This document shows, in pieces, positions 1 through 13,868 of a stretch of DNA of 64,000 bases; positions within the stretch are counted from its first letter, which is position 1, and the number at the start of each line of letters is the position of its first letter. A program made the translations under genes and the position numbers. The notes beneath the pieces were generated by a model. That model saw nothing but the letters and a program-made list of their open reading frames with translations. It was not told the DNA's origin and did no database searches. This stretch comes from Lama guanicoe (lineage: Eukaryota), in the NCBI GenBank assembly GCA_013239625.1, contig MU053304.1, positions 1,860,001-1,924,000 on the forward strand. The letters are read 5' to 3'.

Positions 1-180
1 TAGAGCGCATGCTTGCAGCATTCACGAGGTCCCGGGTTCAATCTCCAGTACCTCCTCTAAGGATAAATAAACCTAATTACCTCCCTACCCCAACCCTCGC
101 CAAAGTAAAATAATTAAATAATACAATAATAAATATTTAAAAATTAAAAAAGAATAGTTAAAAAATTAAAAAAAAAAAGA
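1..180 (+). mobile_element. tRNA-Ala-derived SINE (Vic-1-like), cut by window edge
   Basis: tagagcgcatgctt...gggttcaatctccagtacctcc (B box), then aaataaacctaattacctccc and an A-rich tail. Confidence 0.85.
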
Positions 181-1449
181 ACTGAAGATGAAGCTGAGCA
201 ATTGACCTTGGCAAGAAGGGAGCCAGGGTGGGCAGGGAAGCAGGAACCACTCTTAGGACGACTCAGCCTCTGTCCTCCAGTCACTTGACTCATGACTGGA
301 ATTAGAGACAGGCTGAATGGGCTGGCCAGGTCGTGGGGCGACCTTCGGGCCAGACTGACAGTCCACTGAGCTTCCCCAAGGGAAGTCTTCTTCGTGCTCA
401 CTCCAGATGAAGGGCAAATGGAGGAGAGGCAAGCAAAACCAATGTATGCCCCCTACATTCTGTGCTTCTCCCAGGCTGCAGAGATGCTACAGAAAGCATT
501 GCACAGTTGTCCATGGTGATGGGCCCCAGGGCCCTTCAGAACCAGCAGGAAAGTGAGGAAGGGACTCAGACCAGACACTGTCAGGTGAGGCAAGCGGCAG
601 CTTGGAAGTAACAGTGGACAGTGACTGGGTAACGCTGGGCAGGCAGGCAGAGGGCATTCTGGCGGGAGAGTGGTATCAGGTAATGCAAATACCACAGAAA
701 GAAGTGTGCAAGCAGGCGTGTGTAGGGGCCGGTGGAAAGCAGGGGATTCACGTAGGGTTGGTAGCAGGGGTGAAGAGCTGGGATTTGGCATCAAGATGCT
801 CCTCATTTCAGGAGAGAGGATCTGGCATTGCAATCCTGGTCTCCCCAGGAAGCTCTATTCTGATGGAGTCTGTGGGGGAAGGCTGCTTGTCAGGACTAGC
901 CCCAAGCAAGACTGTCAAACAGGGAAATGCATTTTCATTTGGAAAATCCTTCCCTTCGCTTGGTGATGATTGTCTCCATTACAGCGTAGAGCAGACAGTA
1001 CTCTTTTTGTTTTGTCTCTTCTAAGCTGCCTTCAAAAGCTGGGTCAGATACTTCATTCACACTACGGTGTGAGTAAATGAGACTAGCTTAGTGGGGATAT
1101 TTGCATTTTTCACCAGGAGTGGGGAAACCCAAGAGCTGAATCTCTAGGCAATGGGATCTCTAGTTGGCGCGTGTGGGAGAGTAGTAACAGATGAATTTGT
1201 GTTGCGGGGTGTTGGGTTCACCTGGAAGTTAAGCTATTGATTTTGATGCTCTTAAGAGAAGCTGTGAGAAGGAAGAGCAGAATGGGAAGAGTTAAGGACA
1301 GTTGTCCTTAATTCTTTGTCAAGTGTAATGACCCCCAGGTGTTAGATCTTCTGTGCCATCACATTGTCGGCTATAAATATAACCCTCCTTTTGATGATCT
1401 CAGTTGCCGTCCTCCTGGTACAATTCCGCGATGCTCTTAGCTGAAATCA

Positions 1450-1646
1450 ATTGTGTGTCGGAGCTGGCTCCTGCTAGCTTGCAAGGGTGACACTGTGCAT
1501 CTCCTTCTGATCTGGAGTTCAGGGACACACTGGTAGCTGAAAATTAGGCATGGTGGGAGCATTTACACCATGGAAATTGGAATTGCTTTAAGGCAGACTT
1601 TTTTTTCAGAGAGTTGGCTGATAAACATTTATCTGCATATAACTGG
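1450..1646. mobile_element. hAT DNA transposon relic (MER63-like)
   Basis: ggtagctgaaaattaggcatggtgggagcatttacaccatggaaattgg resembles MER63; related in reverse orientation to 7530-8120. Confidence 0.55.
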
Positions 1647-2924
1647 ATAGAATTCATTCTGAAGCATTGCTTTTACATACCTAATGCTCTCTCTCCTGCA
1701 GAGGAGAACATTTTAATACGTGATACTGATAAGCGTATACAATGTGTAGTTAAACTTTTCAAAGCACCTTTCTATTTACCCTTTGCTATTAGCTTTTTTC
1801 ATCTTAAAAAAAATGCTGTTTTCTGATTGCAGTAGAAATGCATCCTGAAAGGACTGGGGATTAGAAGAGTGGAGAGTGTCAGCCAAGACCCTTTTAACCT
1901 GCTGTTGTTGTCTGGCGTTTTCTCACGTCCTCCTCTCTCCTGGTCTGTGTTCCTGGAAAGAATGACAAGTGTCAGCCACCTGTTCCGTCTAATGAGTTCA
2001 GGACAGCATATGCTTCGTTCATGGATTTTGGCCTCCTGACACGGGTTAACGGAGACACATTCTCCGGGTGGGAGAAAGCCTACTGTAATTGCAAGAGCAT
2101 TTTCAACAGAGGAAGGTTTTACACATTAAAAAAAAAAAGTGTTTGAAACAGTGAATATATAGGAGATGAGTTATTCTGGGGCGAAGCGCACTCTTCAAAG
2201 AAAGGTCTGTTAGCTTTTGTATTTAAATCAGAAAAAATAATTGCGGCACATATATAGAGATGTTTACCATTTAGTAGCTGTTATAACTTGCTTTTATGAT
2301 CATAATGATTGTTACGCATATGCTTAGAATTCCTAATGCAAGACTGAAAGAAGAGAATTCTTTAGAAAACGAGATATTCTAAAACATCTAAGTCATTTGA
2401 TATCTCTGAGGGTGAAGAATGGAAAATGATTTGGAGAAATGGGATAACTCTGGTGCCTTTGGACAGGTTCAATGCAGAATTTACAAGTAACACAAAAAAG
2501 CTTAGTTATTTCAAGCACTTACAGGCTTTGCAAAGAGACAACCCTAAATACTGAATCTGATGCAAAACAACTGAAGTGTTATTCTAAGAATAGCCTATGC
2601 TTTCACTTAAATACAAAACAGTGCTCTCCATTTAGACAGTGGATAAAAAACTCTAAATAGTAGGATTCATTACCTTGAACTTGTAACTCTACATTATTCA
2701 GTTGGCATTTACTGAGCACTTACTATGTACCACACAAGGTGCTAGGCCCTTAGGACACACGATTATGATGGGAAAGCAGCCCCGCCAGTAAATGGGAGAG
2801 AAAAATCCAAACCTAGGAATGAGGGTGAAGAACTCAGCGCTTCCCCACTCCACTAAAATTCTACCTTAAGTTTTCCCGAGGACATAATACATTTCTGACT
2901 GCAGTTTCTTCCTTAAAAATTCTT

Positions 2925-3043
2925 TTTCCTTTATTTTATTTTTTATTGTAGTATAATCAGTTTTCATGATTTGTCAGTTTCTGATGTACAGCATCATGTC
3001 TCTACCGTACATACACATGCATATATTTGTTTTCATATACTTT
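2925..3043 (-). mobile_element. L1 3' end fragment
   Basis: T-rich tail then ttgtcagtttctgatgtacagcat...catatac, shared with other L1 3' ends in the window. Confidence 0.75.
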
Positions 3044-4904
3044 CAGTCCCCTCCTTTTTTTATATAAAAAGGCAAATGATATAAAAGTGTATACTTTTAT
3101 TTCTTTACTTTTTCCTTATAAATGTAAATCATGCTGTTTGTGGAATAGTAAGAACTTTCAGTGGAGTCTAAAGAAAGTAAGTCACTCATAACCTCCCAAG
3201 TCAGAGACAATCAATCACCTTTTAGACATTTCCCCCAGAATATTGTTTATATGTATGTGTAAATGTATCATAGATTTCAAGTTGGAATCATTTATAGACA
3301 CAATTTTATATTCTGCCTTCTCCCTTAAAAGTATCATAGGCATTTCTGCACGTTGTTAAATTTTTGTACCAAAACCTGCTGTTTAATTATTGGCTATTTC
3401 ATCACACAGGTGCTGTAACTCACTGAGCACTTCTTCTGTTGTTAGACCTTGAGGTCGTTTCCAACATTTTGCTACTGTAAGTTACAGCTATCTTTGATGT
3501 AGCTATCCATAGGTAACTCTGGTAGAAAAATCTTTGTGCACGTTTCTGAATGCGTTCATCCCGTATCTCCTTAGGAATAGAATTACGAAATTGAACAATT
3601 AGGGTAATTCTAATAGCTTTTGATCCATATTTCCAGACTGCATTCGCAGAGCGTTTCCTACTTTATTTTTTCATCTGCAATGATGTGAATATTCTCAAAA
3701 TGTCCATTTTAATATTAATGTCATGGGTACAAGTGGAGAAGTTGGGTTCTAAAAAAATATTTTGTGGTGATTAGTTTTCACAGAGGTAAGATAGATACCA
3801 TTCTTGCTGCTCCCACTGCCTGACTTCTCTCCCCCCAGGTCACTGGGTTACATTCAGCTCTCTTTACACATCAACCCCTAGGAGAGACCATTCTGGAACC
3901 CTCTGACCACTTCTCGCCCCCTTTCATTTTTCTCTTACTGGCGTCAGTTGGTATTAAATATTTCCTTCTTTCTTATCTGTTGTCTCTGGGCTACCGCACA
4001 TAAACTCCATGAGGGCAGGGAGCTTGCCTGGTTCCACAGTACAGCGTGTGGTCAGTTGGCAAGATGTTGAGTGGATGCACTAAAATAATACTTAATTTGA
4101 TTGCTTTTATGTTGTTGAATTTTTTATTCCTTCAGCAAGCCCGAGTGTAATGTTACATAACCAGCAACTGTCAGCTGTTTAGTCCACCCTGTTAGTAACT
4201 CAAAGACAGCTGCTGGCTCAAGCCTTTTCCCCATCCATGATGTCAGCTACACAATTGCAGACAGAGGCCTGATGCCCTTGCTTGGCATCAGCAAAATGCA
4301 GATACCAATTCGTGGTGATTGGACTTCCCAGTTTTGATATTTGGGATTCTGAATTAAACCAGGATAGCATTATTTATTTTACGCCGTGAGCCGTCTGTGT
4401 TTACCGCGCTTTTCCAAATCAGATTTTTTTTTGCTCTATTTTATTACTTATTACAGACTTTTCTCGGCAATCCAAGCCGTGGACTAGTCTGCACCTGCTG
4501 AGGCTTGCTTAGTCACCACGACTCCTTGTCATAATGTCTTAAAATTAGCGGGTGAAAAGAATCCATGCTCAGGGTGGGATTTTTGGGCATATAACCAACC
4601 CCTGGTTGTTATTCAGTCATTGCAGCTTTTGCAGAAGGCATGGCAAGGAAAGTGGGGAGCAGCCTAGCTGTAGATTCAAGTGGCAATGGGAAAAGGGTTA
4701 AGGTCCGCGTGGCCAAAGGTTTGGTTCGCCCCATGGTCGCCTGTCCAGTGATGAAAAGGCTAGATTTCCTCGAGATAATTTGTTTCTGGTTGATTACTTA
4801 GGGGAGGACAAGCCCTCTTTCCCCAGGCTTCTCCTTGGGGCTGGGGTCTGTGCGGTTTGTCCCGGCTCACACTACACTCGGTGCCTGTGTCATGGATGCT
4901 AAGA

Positions 4905-5145
4905 GGTGCTTTTAATTTGCATTTCTCTGATAATTTGCGATGTCGTGCAGTTTTTCATGTGCCTATTGGCCATTCGTATGTCTTCACTGGAGAATTGCTT
5001 GTTTAGGTCTGTGCATTTTTGGATTGGGTTGTTTCTTTTTTCCTTAAGTTGAATGAGCGCTCATTGTAGTTTTGATTTGCGTTTCTCTAATTGTTAGTGA
5101 TATTGAGCATTTTCTCATGTGCCAGTTGGCCATTTGACATTTTTC
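4905..5145 (-). mobile_element. L1 ORF2-end fragments (same segment twice)
   Basis: ttttaatttgcatttctctgataat...ttcatgtgcctattggccatt, and again ttttgatttgcgtttctctaatt...ctcatgtgccagttggccatt. Confidence 0.75.
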
Positions 5146-6779
5146 TTGATTCCAGAAGTCATCCTGGTGTTTGTAATTGCCTTGAACATTCCAGCTCGTG
5201 TTTCTACTGAAGGCTTTTTCTTTGCGGGACGGGCTGAGCTACTTTCTCTTCATGTATCAGCTGATGATAATGTTTTGCTCACTGTTCACATATCTTAAAA
5301 TAATTTGGCACAATTCTATATTAATCCTTTCAACAGAGCTATGATTTTGTGAGTGGGAAGTATCGCATCGTAAAGTAGTCTTGAAACATGCAAATCAGAA
5401 CTTGGAGCCCCAGAGGCAAAGACCTGCCACAGTAGAATCAAAGTGGATCTTACTTTGTGAAAGCACACCTGGGCTGATATTAGCCTTGTAGTTGTTTTTG
5501 GTCTTGTAACCTTTTAAAATAGCCTCTGCGCGGTGTGCCCGGTGCTGAAGTTGAAGAGGCGCGCTGGTAGAGGGCCCAGGGAAGCGGTGAAAAGACACTG
5601 GCGCTGGCGCCGGGGGAGCAGGGCTTCTGCTGGTGTTTCCTTCCTCAATGTAATTTTTCTTCAAGGCTTTTTTCATAAATATATGTTGGTAATTAAGATC
5701 CAAGTTCAAAGGGAGGGTTCCTTGGGAGGAGGAAGCCTGAGCTTGAGGTCTCCGTTACTTAATTGGTGAAAACATGGCAGTTCTGTGAACTCCTGAGTCC
5801 AACTTGGGGCTACATCAGACGGCCTGCTCCTGAGTCCTGGGAGGTTCAAGCCCCCGTCTTCACATCCTGGCTCCATCCTTTGGTGGCCAGCTGCTCGGGT
5901 TTTGTGTGTGTTGAGCCTGAAGTCCCGGCCTCCTTAGAACTCTGCTCTTTGTCACTTTCCAGGTGTAAATATAGAGCATCCAAAGCTTATTTTTAGTTTT
6001 ATGATGTATTTAGAAGTTACCTTCAGTGTTCTTATTCTCTAAGTCTTCAAAGAGGACATCAAACTGTAAAAGACTATCAGAGGGAAAGCAGCCTAGGATC
6101 ATTTGTATTAGATTAATAAACACTGTTTTCTCATTTGTGAAAGCTGCTTTCCCGTGGCTTTGTCTCGTTGCTATGTGCTTTCCTTGGAGCCCACATGGTT
6201 TAGGTATAGAGGTCCCTAAATTCTGTGTGTATTAGTACAACCCAAGAGCATGGGACAGGGCCCAGGTACCCAGGTGGCTCTGCTGCAGGTGGATCAGGCG
6301 GTCCAGACACTGAGAAACTCACTGGAATCAGCCCTGGGGCAGAAGCCTGGACACCTGGCCCTGAGGCTTTAGGTTCTTTAGGTTAGTGACTTAATTGCTT
6401 TGGAATTTGTTTTCTTAATCTGTGAAGTGGGTTGAATTAGATTATTTCACTAATATCATTTTGTAGATAATCTCTGATAATTTATTCCAAAGAAGTGATT
6501 GAATGATTTAGTAGTGAAAGGTTACAATTCTTATTAGTGCTTTTGTTTTATTTTGGACTCTTGGCCACAGGTTTAGCAGGTCCAGGTAAATAAATAAGTC
6601 CTGCATTTGATCAATGCATTTAAATAATTAGAAAATATCTCTGCATGTTTTGATTGAAATTAAGTTCATACTGCATGAAGATACACATTTTAAAGCCTCT
6701 CTTTGTGCCCTTCCGAGACTCATGCAGGGTGCATATCACAGTGTGCAGACTGAAAAAGAGAGCTGAATGCTCAGGAAAT

Positions 6780-7170
6780 GTTTTCCATGTGGATATCCAA
6801 TTGTCCTGCTCCGTTTGTTGAAAAGAGTGTTCTTTGCACATTAAATTACCTTGATGCCTTTGCCAAAGATCGGTTGACTGTTTATGTCTGTTTCTGGACT
6901 CTATTTGCTTGATCTGTTTGTCTGTCTTTAGGCCAACACTACACTGCCTTGCTTGCTGTAGGTAATCTGTACTGTAGTGTAGTTTTGAGATCAGTTAGTG
7001 TAAATCCTCTAACTTCATTTTTTTTCAAAATCAGTTGGTTCTTTTCATCCTTTATATATTTTCAGATAAATTTTAGAATCAATTTTTTTTCAATAGCTGT
7101 AGAAATCCTGCTAGGTTTGTAACGAGGACTTCTTAGAATCTATAGATCAATTGAAAAGAATTGAAATATA
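6780..7170 (-). mobile_element. Old L1M fragment
   Basis: ggatatccaattgtcctg...tttgttgaaaaga...ttttagaatca...gaatctatagatcaattg, typical antisense L1 ORF2. Confidence 0.75.
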
Positions 7171-7529
7171 AACCACTGCAGTTTTTTCCCCCATCATGTT
7201 AGCTTTTGGTTTTAAGGGATTGCTCATAATTTAAGGAAGAGAAATTCTGATTAGCAAATGTGTACTCTGAATAGAAAATAGATAATGAGTTCAAATTTTT
7301 GTTAAGAGGCTTCATGTGGCTTCTATCCTAATTATTATCGTGGTAATAAGGATGTTAAATAATTTTCTTAAAGCAACTAAGTATAATTTTTGACAGAAAC
7401 TAAATGAAGTAATATGTACAAATTAAAAATCATGATATTTTCATGCTAACCAAAAGGCCAAATGCCTCCACATCCACTTAAAATAATTATTAGGATGGTG
7501 TTTAAACGTGCTTTTTCCTCTTAAAAGCA

Positions 7530-8120
7530 ATGGCAAATATTAACAACTGACTCTCCAGGGAAAAAAAAAAGCCCTCATTTGTAGCATTTGCCAATTTCTG
7601 CAGTATAAATATTTCTCCTAGAGCTAATTTCAAGGTACCAAGGTGATTTCTCTCAACACAGAGGTACATGCTAGCATACCATGGTGTAGAATTTCCACCC
7701 TACAGACCCCATAGATGTAACCTCAAGAACATAGATGATAATAAAGTATAGGAAAATAATTAGGAAGAGATGGGATTTGAATATTTATTGCCTTTGCTTT
7801 TAATATATTGAATTGTAAGTCTGTTTAATGTATCTGTTTTATTACTGTTTAAAAAAAGCATTTATTTATTTATTTTCTTAAGCTTCTTTTGGGGGTGGGG
7901 AGGTAATTAGGTTTATTATTTATTTAGTTAGTTATTTTAATGGAGGTACTGGGGATTGAACCCAGGACCTTGTGCATGCTATGTGTGCACGGTACCACTG
8001 AGCTATACCCTCCTCCCCCAAGTCTGTTTAATTTAATCTTTAGTAATGGCTGTATTTAACAACTGGCTCACAAAGTTTCTGAAAATTTCACAATCAGCAA
8101 GTTGATATAAGCCACTATAG
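7530..8120. mobile_element. MER63-like hAT element interrupted by a SINE
   Basis: ttaacaactgactctcc...gccctcatttgtagcatttgccaatttc; resumes after the SINE with tttaacaactggctcac. Confidence 0.55.
7830..8019 (-). mobile_element. Vic-1-like SINE
   Basis: tRNA-like head; 13-bp TSD aagtctgtttaat (7817-7829 and 8020-8032). Confidence 0.9.
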
Positions 8121-8306
8121 GCCAAGACTGAATAGTTATGCATTTTTCCTATCAAACTGAACTAATGGTTAATGAGTTGTCAAATAAAACAAAATAAAAG
8201 GAGGCTTGTTACGTTTTGTAACTTTAAATCCTTGATTCAACAATTCTAAACTGATGGAGTTGAGAAGTCATTATCATTTTATAAATGAAGTCGTTGGTGC
8301 AACTAC

Positions 8307-8309
<3 letters not shown>

Positions 8310-8339
<30 letters not shown>
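8310..8339. repeat. (TG)n microsatellite
   Basis: Perfect TG run. Confidence 0.9.
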
Positions 8340-8340
<1 letters not shown>

Positions 8341-8399
8341 ATGCACGTGTGCGTTTTGAGGGGTAGGAGTGGGTCAGGGAAGGTCAGCTGGAATTTTTG

Positions 8400-8822
8400 C
8401 TTAATTAGGCTGAGATGGGTGAGGTAACAAATTGACCCAAACAGGTAATGGCTCCTCACGGGAGCTTCTTTCTCACTCATACAGTAATGACAGTCCTGGC
8501 CAGTTCCAGGTGACGGTTGATTCTACTCCACTGAGTCATTCAGGGACCAGGTTAAAGACAGCTCTGCAGCTTTATCCAAGGTCACACAGAGGTTTCATTC
8601 TGGTCATCAGAAGGAGACTGAGCCTGGAGGAGCAGTAGGTGGGGGTGGTTTGTATGGCCAGGCCTGGGAGCTGTTCCAGCTCCTTGCTCCTTGCAGCCAT
8701 TGGCTGCATCATTGTCATGTGACCACACTCAGGTGCAAGGGAGGCTGGGAAGTGTAGTCCAGTGGCGTACTGCAGAGAGGAGCAAAGCAGGTTTGGAGGA
8801 ACAGTTAGTAGTTCCTGTCACT
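8400..8822. mobile_element. MaLR LTR (old MLT1-type)
   Basis: ccattggc...gtcatgtgaccacac...tgcaagggaggctgggaagtgtagtc is characteristic of old MLT1 LTRs. Confidence 0.65.
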
Positions 8823-9379
8823 TCATTGCTTCATACATTTTTTTAGCTGTCCTGATGCAGCATGATTTGGGGAGTGTTGGCCTCGGGGCCAGGAGACTTG
8901 AATTTAAACAAGTTTTATCAGTAACTGTGGTTGAGCAAGCCCAGTACTCTCTCTGAGCCTCAGTTTCCTTCTCTGTAAAAATCAGGACTTGAACTAGGTC
9001 CTTCCTAGTCCTGGGACTCTGCTGATGCACCCCATTTTCCCTACTCAGCGTTCCTGATGTTTTCCTTTCTGATCACCTGGGAGTGGCTTTTATTCATCCG
9101 TTGGTCCTGATGCGAACTCCTTTCTGCCAGTGGAAACTGGTCTTCCCTATGACTTGGTAGCTCTGTCCACCTGCCTGGTTGGGGCCAGGGCTGCGGAGCC
9201 CAGGGTGCTCTGACTCAGAGGTTCTGAGGGACGGAGCACAGCTGTCCTGTCTTTGGGGGGACAACTGTGCCTGGCGCAGGTCAGAGGCTGTCAGGTAGCC
9301 ATTCTTAGTTTGGAAAATGTTCAACATGCAGGTGCAAACATTTTCTCCAGCAAGCAGTAGCTTGGAGGAATTACCGTGT

Positions 9380-9670
9380 GCCATGGAGGAATGCAGCGTC
9401 TGGAGTCAGATTGCCTGGGTTCAAATCCCTGCTCTGCCTTTCTGAGTTGTGTAACCAAATTACTTAACCGTTCTGCACCTCAGTTTCCTTCTTGGTAAAT
9501 GTTGTTTAAAATAAAATAACAAGATAAATATGTAATTAAAATATTTTTATATAAAATAAATTTCAGAGTGCTTTTTGTGGGATGTCAGTTAATATGTGTA
9601 AAATTCAGAGAATAGTGCCCATTGTGTGGTAAATGTTATAGAAATTATTGTCTTTGGTGGTGGTATTATT
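9380..9670. mobile_element. MIR SINE
   Basis: tctggagtcagattgcctgggttcaaatccctgctctgcc...cctcagtttcct core. Similar MIR relics near 8.9, 15.3, 17.1, 28.3, 29.8, 30.2 and 42.5 kb. Confidence 0.75.
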
Positions 9671-9671
9671 A

Positions 9672-10380
9672 TGTTTTATTATTTTATTTTATTTTTTATT
9701 GAAGGATAGTCCGTTTACAATGCTGTGTTAATTCCTGATGTACAGCATAATGATTCGGTTATACCTACATATACTCCTTTTCATGTTCTTTTTCATTATA
9801 GGCTTTTACAAGATATTAAATATAGTTCCCTGTACTATACATTGGGACCTTGTTGTTTATCTATTTTATATACAGTAGTCAGTGTCTGCAAATCCCAAAT
9901 TCCCAATGCATCCCTCCACCTCCCTTTCCCACTGGTAACCAGAAGTTTGTTTTCTGTGTCTTTGAGTCTGTTTCTGCTTTGTAAGTAAGTTCATTTGTCT
10001 CGTTTTTTAAAAATTCCAGATGTAAGTGATATCCTGTAGTATTTGTCTTTGTCTGACTTACTTCACTTACTATGATAATCTCTAGGTCCATCCATGTTGC
10101 TGCAAATGACATTATTTCATTCTTTTTTTATGGCTAAGTAATATTCCACCCCCCATCCTCTTTATCCAGTCATCCATCAGTGGACGTGTAGGTTGCTTCC
10201 ATGTGGGGCTATTGTAAATAGTGCTGCTATGAGCATTGGGGTGCACGTATCTTTTTGAATTAGAGTTCCCTCTGGATATATGCCCAGGAGTGGGATTGCT
10301 GGATCATATGGTAATTCTGTTTTTAGTTTTTTAAGGAATCTCCATACTGTTTTTCATAATGGCTACACCAAACTACATTC
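9672..10380 (-). mobile_element. 5'-truncated L1 (about 0.7 kb)
   Basis: L1 3'UTR and ORF2 C-terminus (ORF 9879-10112 MSFAATWMDLEIIIVSEVSQ); flanked by near-identical tggtggt..attatta TSD. Confidence 0.92.
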
Positions 10381-10480
10381 TGGTGGTGTTATTATTAATG
10401 TAATTATTATTGCACAGAATATTTGAGGAAGTGGTGTTCTTATGGGCATTGTGAATAGGAAATAAAAAGGGTCAAGACCT

Positions 10481-10961
10481 TTTTATTTTTATGTTATTTT
10501 ACTTTATTTATTTTTTAATTGAAGTACAGTCAGTTACAATGTGTCAATTTTTGGTGTACAGCACAATGTCCCAGTCATGCATATATATACATATATTCAT
10601 TTTCATATTCTTTTTCATTAAAGGTTATTACAAGATATTGGACATAGTTCCCTATGCTATACAGAAGAAACTTTAAAAAAATGTATTTTTATATAACATT
10701 TATTAGCCACTATATATATATATATATATATATATGTGAAACATTTGTTAGCCACTAACTAACCCCCAAATTTATCCCTCTCCATGCCATTTCTCCAGTA
10801 ACCATAAAGTTATTTACTATGCCTGCGAGTCTATCTCTGTTTTGTAGATGAGTTCATCTTTTTAAATTTTTTTTTCGATTTCACATATGAGTGATATCAT
10901 ATGGTATTTTTCTTTCTCTTTCTGGCTTACTTCGCTTAGAATGATGATCTCTAGGTCCATC
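10481..10961 (-). mobile_element. 5'-truncated L1 with internal (TA)n
   Basis: WMDLEIIILSEVSQKEKEKYHMISL motif; TSD caagacct (10473-10480 and 10962-10969). Confidence 0.92.
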
Positions 10962-12512
10962 CAAGACCTGGTTATTTTTAAAATTGGCAGTCGTTTCACT
11001 AGGTTGTGCAGTGCAGCCTGTTCACCAAAAACACAAAGCTGTCCCAATTACACAGTGGGCAGTCTTCCCTTTCTCTTTCTTACCACCTTTACTGTCTTCC
11101 TCTCTCCCTCCTTCAGTCCGTTTTCCACTACGAGAAGTAAAGATGATAGGACTTAGGATGGTACTAAAGTGTCAAACTGAGTGCTGCAGACATTTAAATC
11201 AGATCAGCATCTTTCAGCATGTCTACCGCTCTTCCTCATTCTGTCCTTTTGGCAGACATTGCTAATCAATGTGGGAGCTTTTTCTTGCTGACCGTCAGTG
11301 CCTCCAGAGGAAGAGGTTACAGTCAAAACACTTAATGTCTGGTATTGTTTGACCAATCCGAGCCAGCCTTAGCCAGAGGACTGGAGGTCTCCGGCTGCAC
11401 CAGGCATTGACCCCTTAGTTGCTAGGTTAATCGGGGGATCAAGGGGTTTGCAGGGAACAAAGTAGGGCATCCAGAGCAGTGGGGGCTGGGGAGCGGGGAA
11501 GCCGTGGGGGTGCTCAGGGCAGCGTGGAAGAGCAGAATATTTCACTATGTTAATCATTGGTATAGTTGTCCTTGTACAGAATACTAACCTTCCCAGAGTC
11601 ATTTTCAACACCTCCACTGCCATGGGCCACACTGGAGCTTGACACTCAACTGACAATCAAGCATTATAAGATGTGGTTCAATGAAGAGGGTCGCTGCTGT
11701 TCTCAAAAGTTATGGAGAAGACCGTGAAGAAGACGGATTTGGGCTGAGTTCTGATGGGTTTCCATTGGCAGAAGGGAGAAGGACATTTCAGGTGAGGGAA
11801 GAGGATGAACAGACAGGCCAGTGTGGCCTGATGAGGGAGGCAGGCCCCTTCTCCCAGCCTCCTGGAGGATGCTGTGCCAGGTCGCCATGGTGACGACAGA
11901 CTCTTTTGGGCCGGCAGCCTTGTGAAGCCACCAGAGCAGAAAAGATGGGCAATTCCCCAGTTCCCATTTCTGTCCAGACTGTGAAATGGCAGTAAGTGCC
12001 AATGTATTTTCTTCCAGAAAAAGTGATTTCCCTTTGAGTCTTACATCATAAATTCCAAAGAGAAAATAATTCACCAAAAACAAATGTAAATATATCATTG
12101 TAAATTTTACTGTTTTTCTATTTTTTCTCTTTGGGTAGATGTTTCTAGTATTCACAGGTGAAATCATAGTACTTTCCAAATTAGCCTAAATACAACTTAA
12201 CTACTTGAGAAAAGTAATTTCTCCAAGTTTATTTGGTAAGAAATACTGCAGAGGTGTAGTGAGAGCAGAATGAAGTTTATACTGAGAATGAAAACTTGAG
12301 TGCTGTTCTTGGTTCTGCCTCCTTCTAATGTATAACTTGGGAGATTTTACCGTCTGCCAATTGATTTCCTCCTTGCAAAGTCAGTTAGCATCATCATTTC
12401 AGAGAAAGTTTGGCCAAAGAAAGAAAGAAATAACAATAATTCATAACTCAAACAAAGCTATTATACTGTTTTGCTTATTCTCTTTGTATTTCTTCAAAAA
12501 TTTTAAACAAAA

Positions 12513-12672
12513 TTTTTTTTTTTAGTTTTTACTGATTTTTTAATTTTATTTTGGGGGAGGTCATTAGGTCTATTTATTTATTATTAGTTTTTAAAATGGA
12601 GGTACTGGGGATTGAACCCAGGACCGCATGCATGCTAAGTATGCGCTTTAACACTTGGGCTATACCCTCCCC
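12513..12672 (-). mobile_element. Vic-1-like SINE
   Basis: ggaggtactggggattgaacccaggac...gctataccctcccc. Confidence 0.9.
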
Positions 12673-13764
12673 GCTGAACAAAGTTGTAATCATAGTCCAC
12701 ATTTAATTTTATATTCTGTCTTTTTATTTAACCTACTGTTGTTTACATTTTTCCTAGGCTGTAGATGTGTGGCATTGTCTCCTGGTTGAGGGCAAAGTCA
12801 CAGTGTGCTTAGAATCGGAATTTAGAATTTACTCCTTAAACTCAGTCTTCATAGAATTTTTCACTTGGATAGATATTCTGGTGTCTTGTGTTTTTTCTGG
12901 CAATTGCTAATGCCCTTGGCTTCAAGCCCTCTTTGCTTTCAGGCTCTCTGCTTGGTGCATGAATGAGATATTGTCCTTGGCTTCCTTTGACCTGAATTAA
13001 ATTCCCCGTTTGAGTAGGAGTCCAGGGGGAGGACTAGCTTTGCCCAGAGAGGGCGCTGTGTTCATGGATGGAGCACACCTCCCTTGGACGTGGGTTCTTT
13101 GACCCAGCGAGGCCAGAAACTAAGGTGGCTTGGGCACTGCTGTCTGCTCTGCCCTGCCTCTGAGGGTATAGCCATTGGATGGGGGGCTCCCAGACAAGCA
13201 TGCTTCCCAGGCTTGGAAGCTGTTTCTGCACCAGCTGCACAACTTTAGATTTCACATGTGTTTTCCTTTCACCTTTAATATTTGGGGTTTATTTTTAACG
13301 TCCTAAAATTTAAAACCAGTCTTTTTATTATTTCAGGTTCATTTTAGTTTTTCTAAAGAAGTTTTATTCTTTTGTATGGTCCCTAAAAAGCCTTTTATTC
13401 TTGCATTTTGAAAGTGGGACAATATCATAACAAGAAGTTTAGCAAAAAAGAAAAATACCCATAACCTAAACACAATTTGTAATTTTTGTTTATTCCCTGT
13501 TAACATTCAACATACTTAACAAAGCCATAAACAAGATATGTGAGTAATTTTATATTCTGCTTCTTCACTTAACTTGCCATTGTTCATAGTTTTCCATGTT
13601 GTTTCAGAGAGTTTATGACTTTTAACGGGTGCAATATTTTTTGTGGTGATTGTGCTGTAATTGGCCTAACCATTTTCCTTAAATGTCACACATTGTTTTC
13701 TCCAATTTTGCTATTAAAACACTTTTTTGATTTATAACATTGAACTTACAGCTTTTCTCATATT

Positions 13765-13868
13765 GGGGGGAAGGTATAGCTTGGTGGTAGAGCACATGCT
13801 TAGCATGCATGAGGTTCAGGGTTCAATCCCCAGCACTCCTATTAAAAAAAAAACAACTAATAATAAAC
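13765..13868 (+). mobile_element. Vic-1-like SINE (short form)
   Basis: A and B boxes, poly(A), TSD ttctcatatt (13755-13764 and 13869-13878). Confidence 0.9.

Noticed and set aside
503..523. RE1/NRSE-like motif (similar partial matches near 42485 and 57940)
   Set aside because: Plausible for a neuronal gene, but the GGACAG core, left half-site or spacer is broken; the 42.5-kb match lies in a MIR.
9879..11047. ORFs with WMDLEIII.SEVSQ
   Set aside because: Remnants of the L1 ORF2 C-terminus in truncated elements, not genes.
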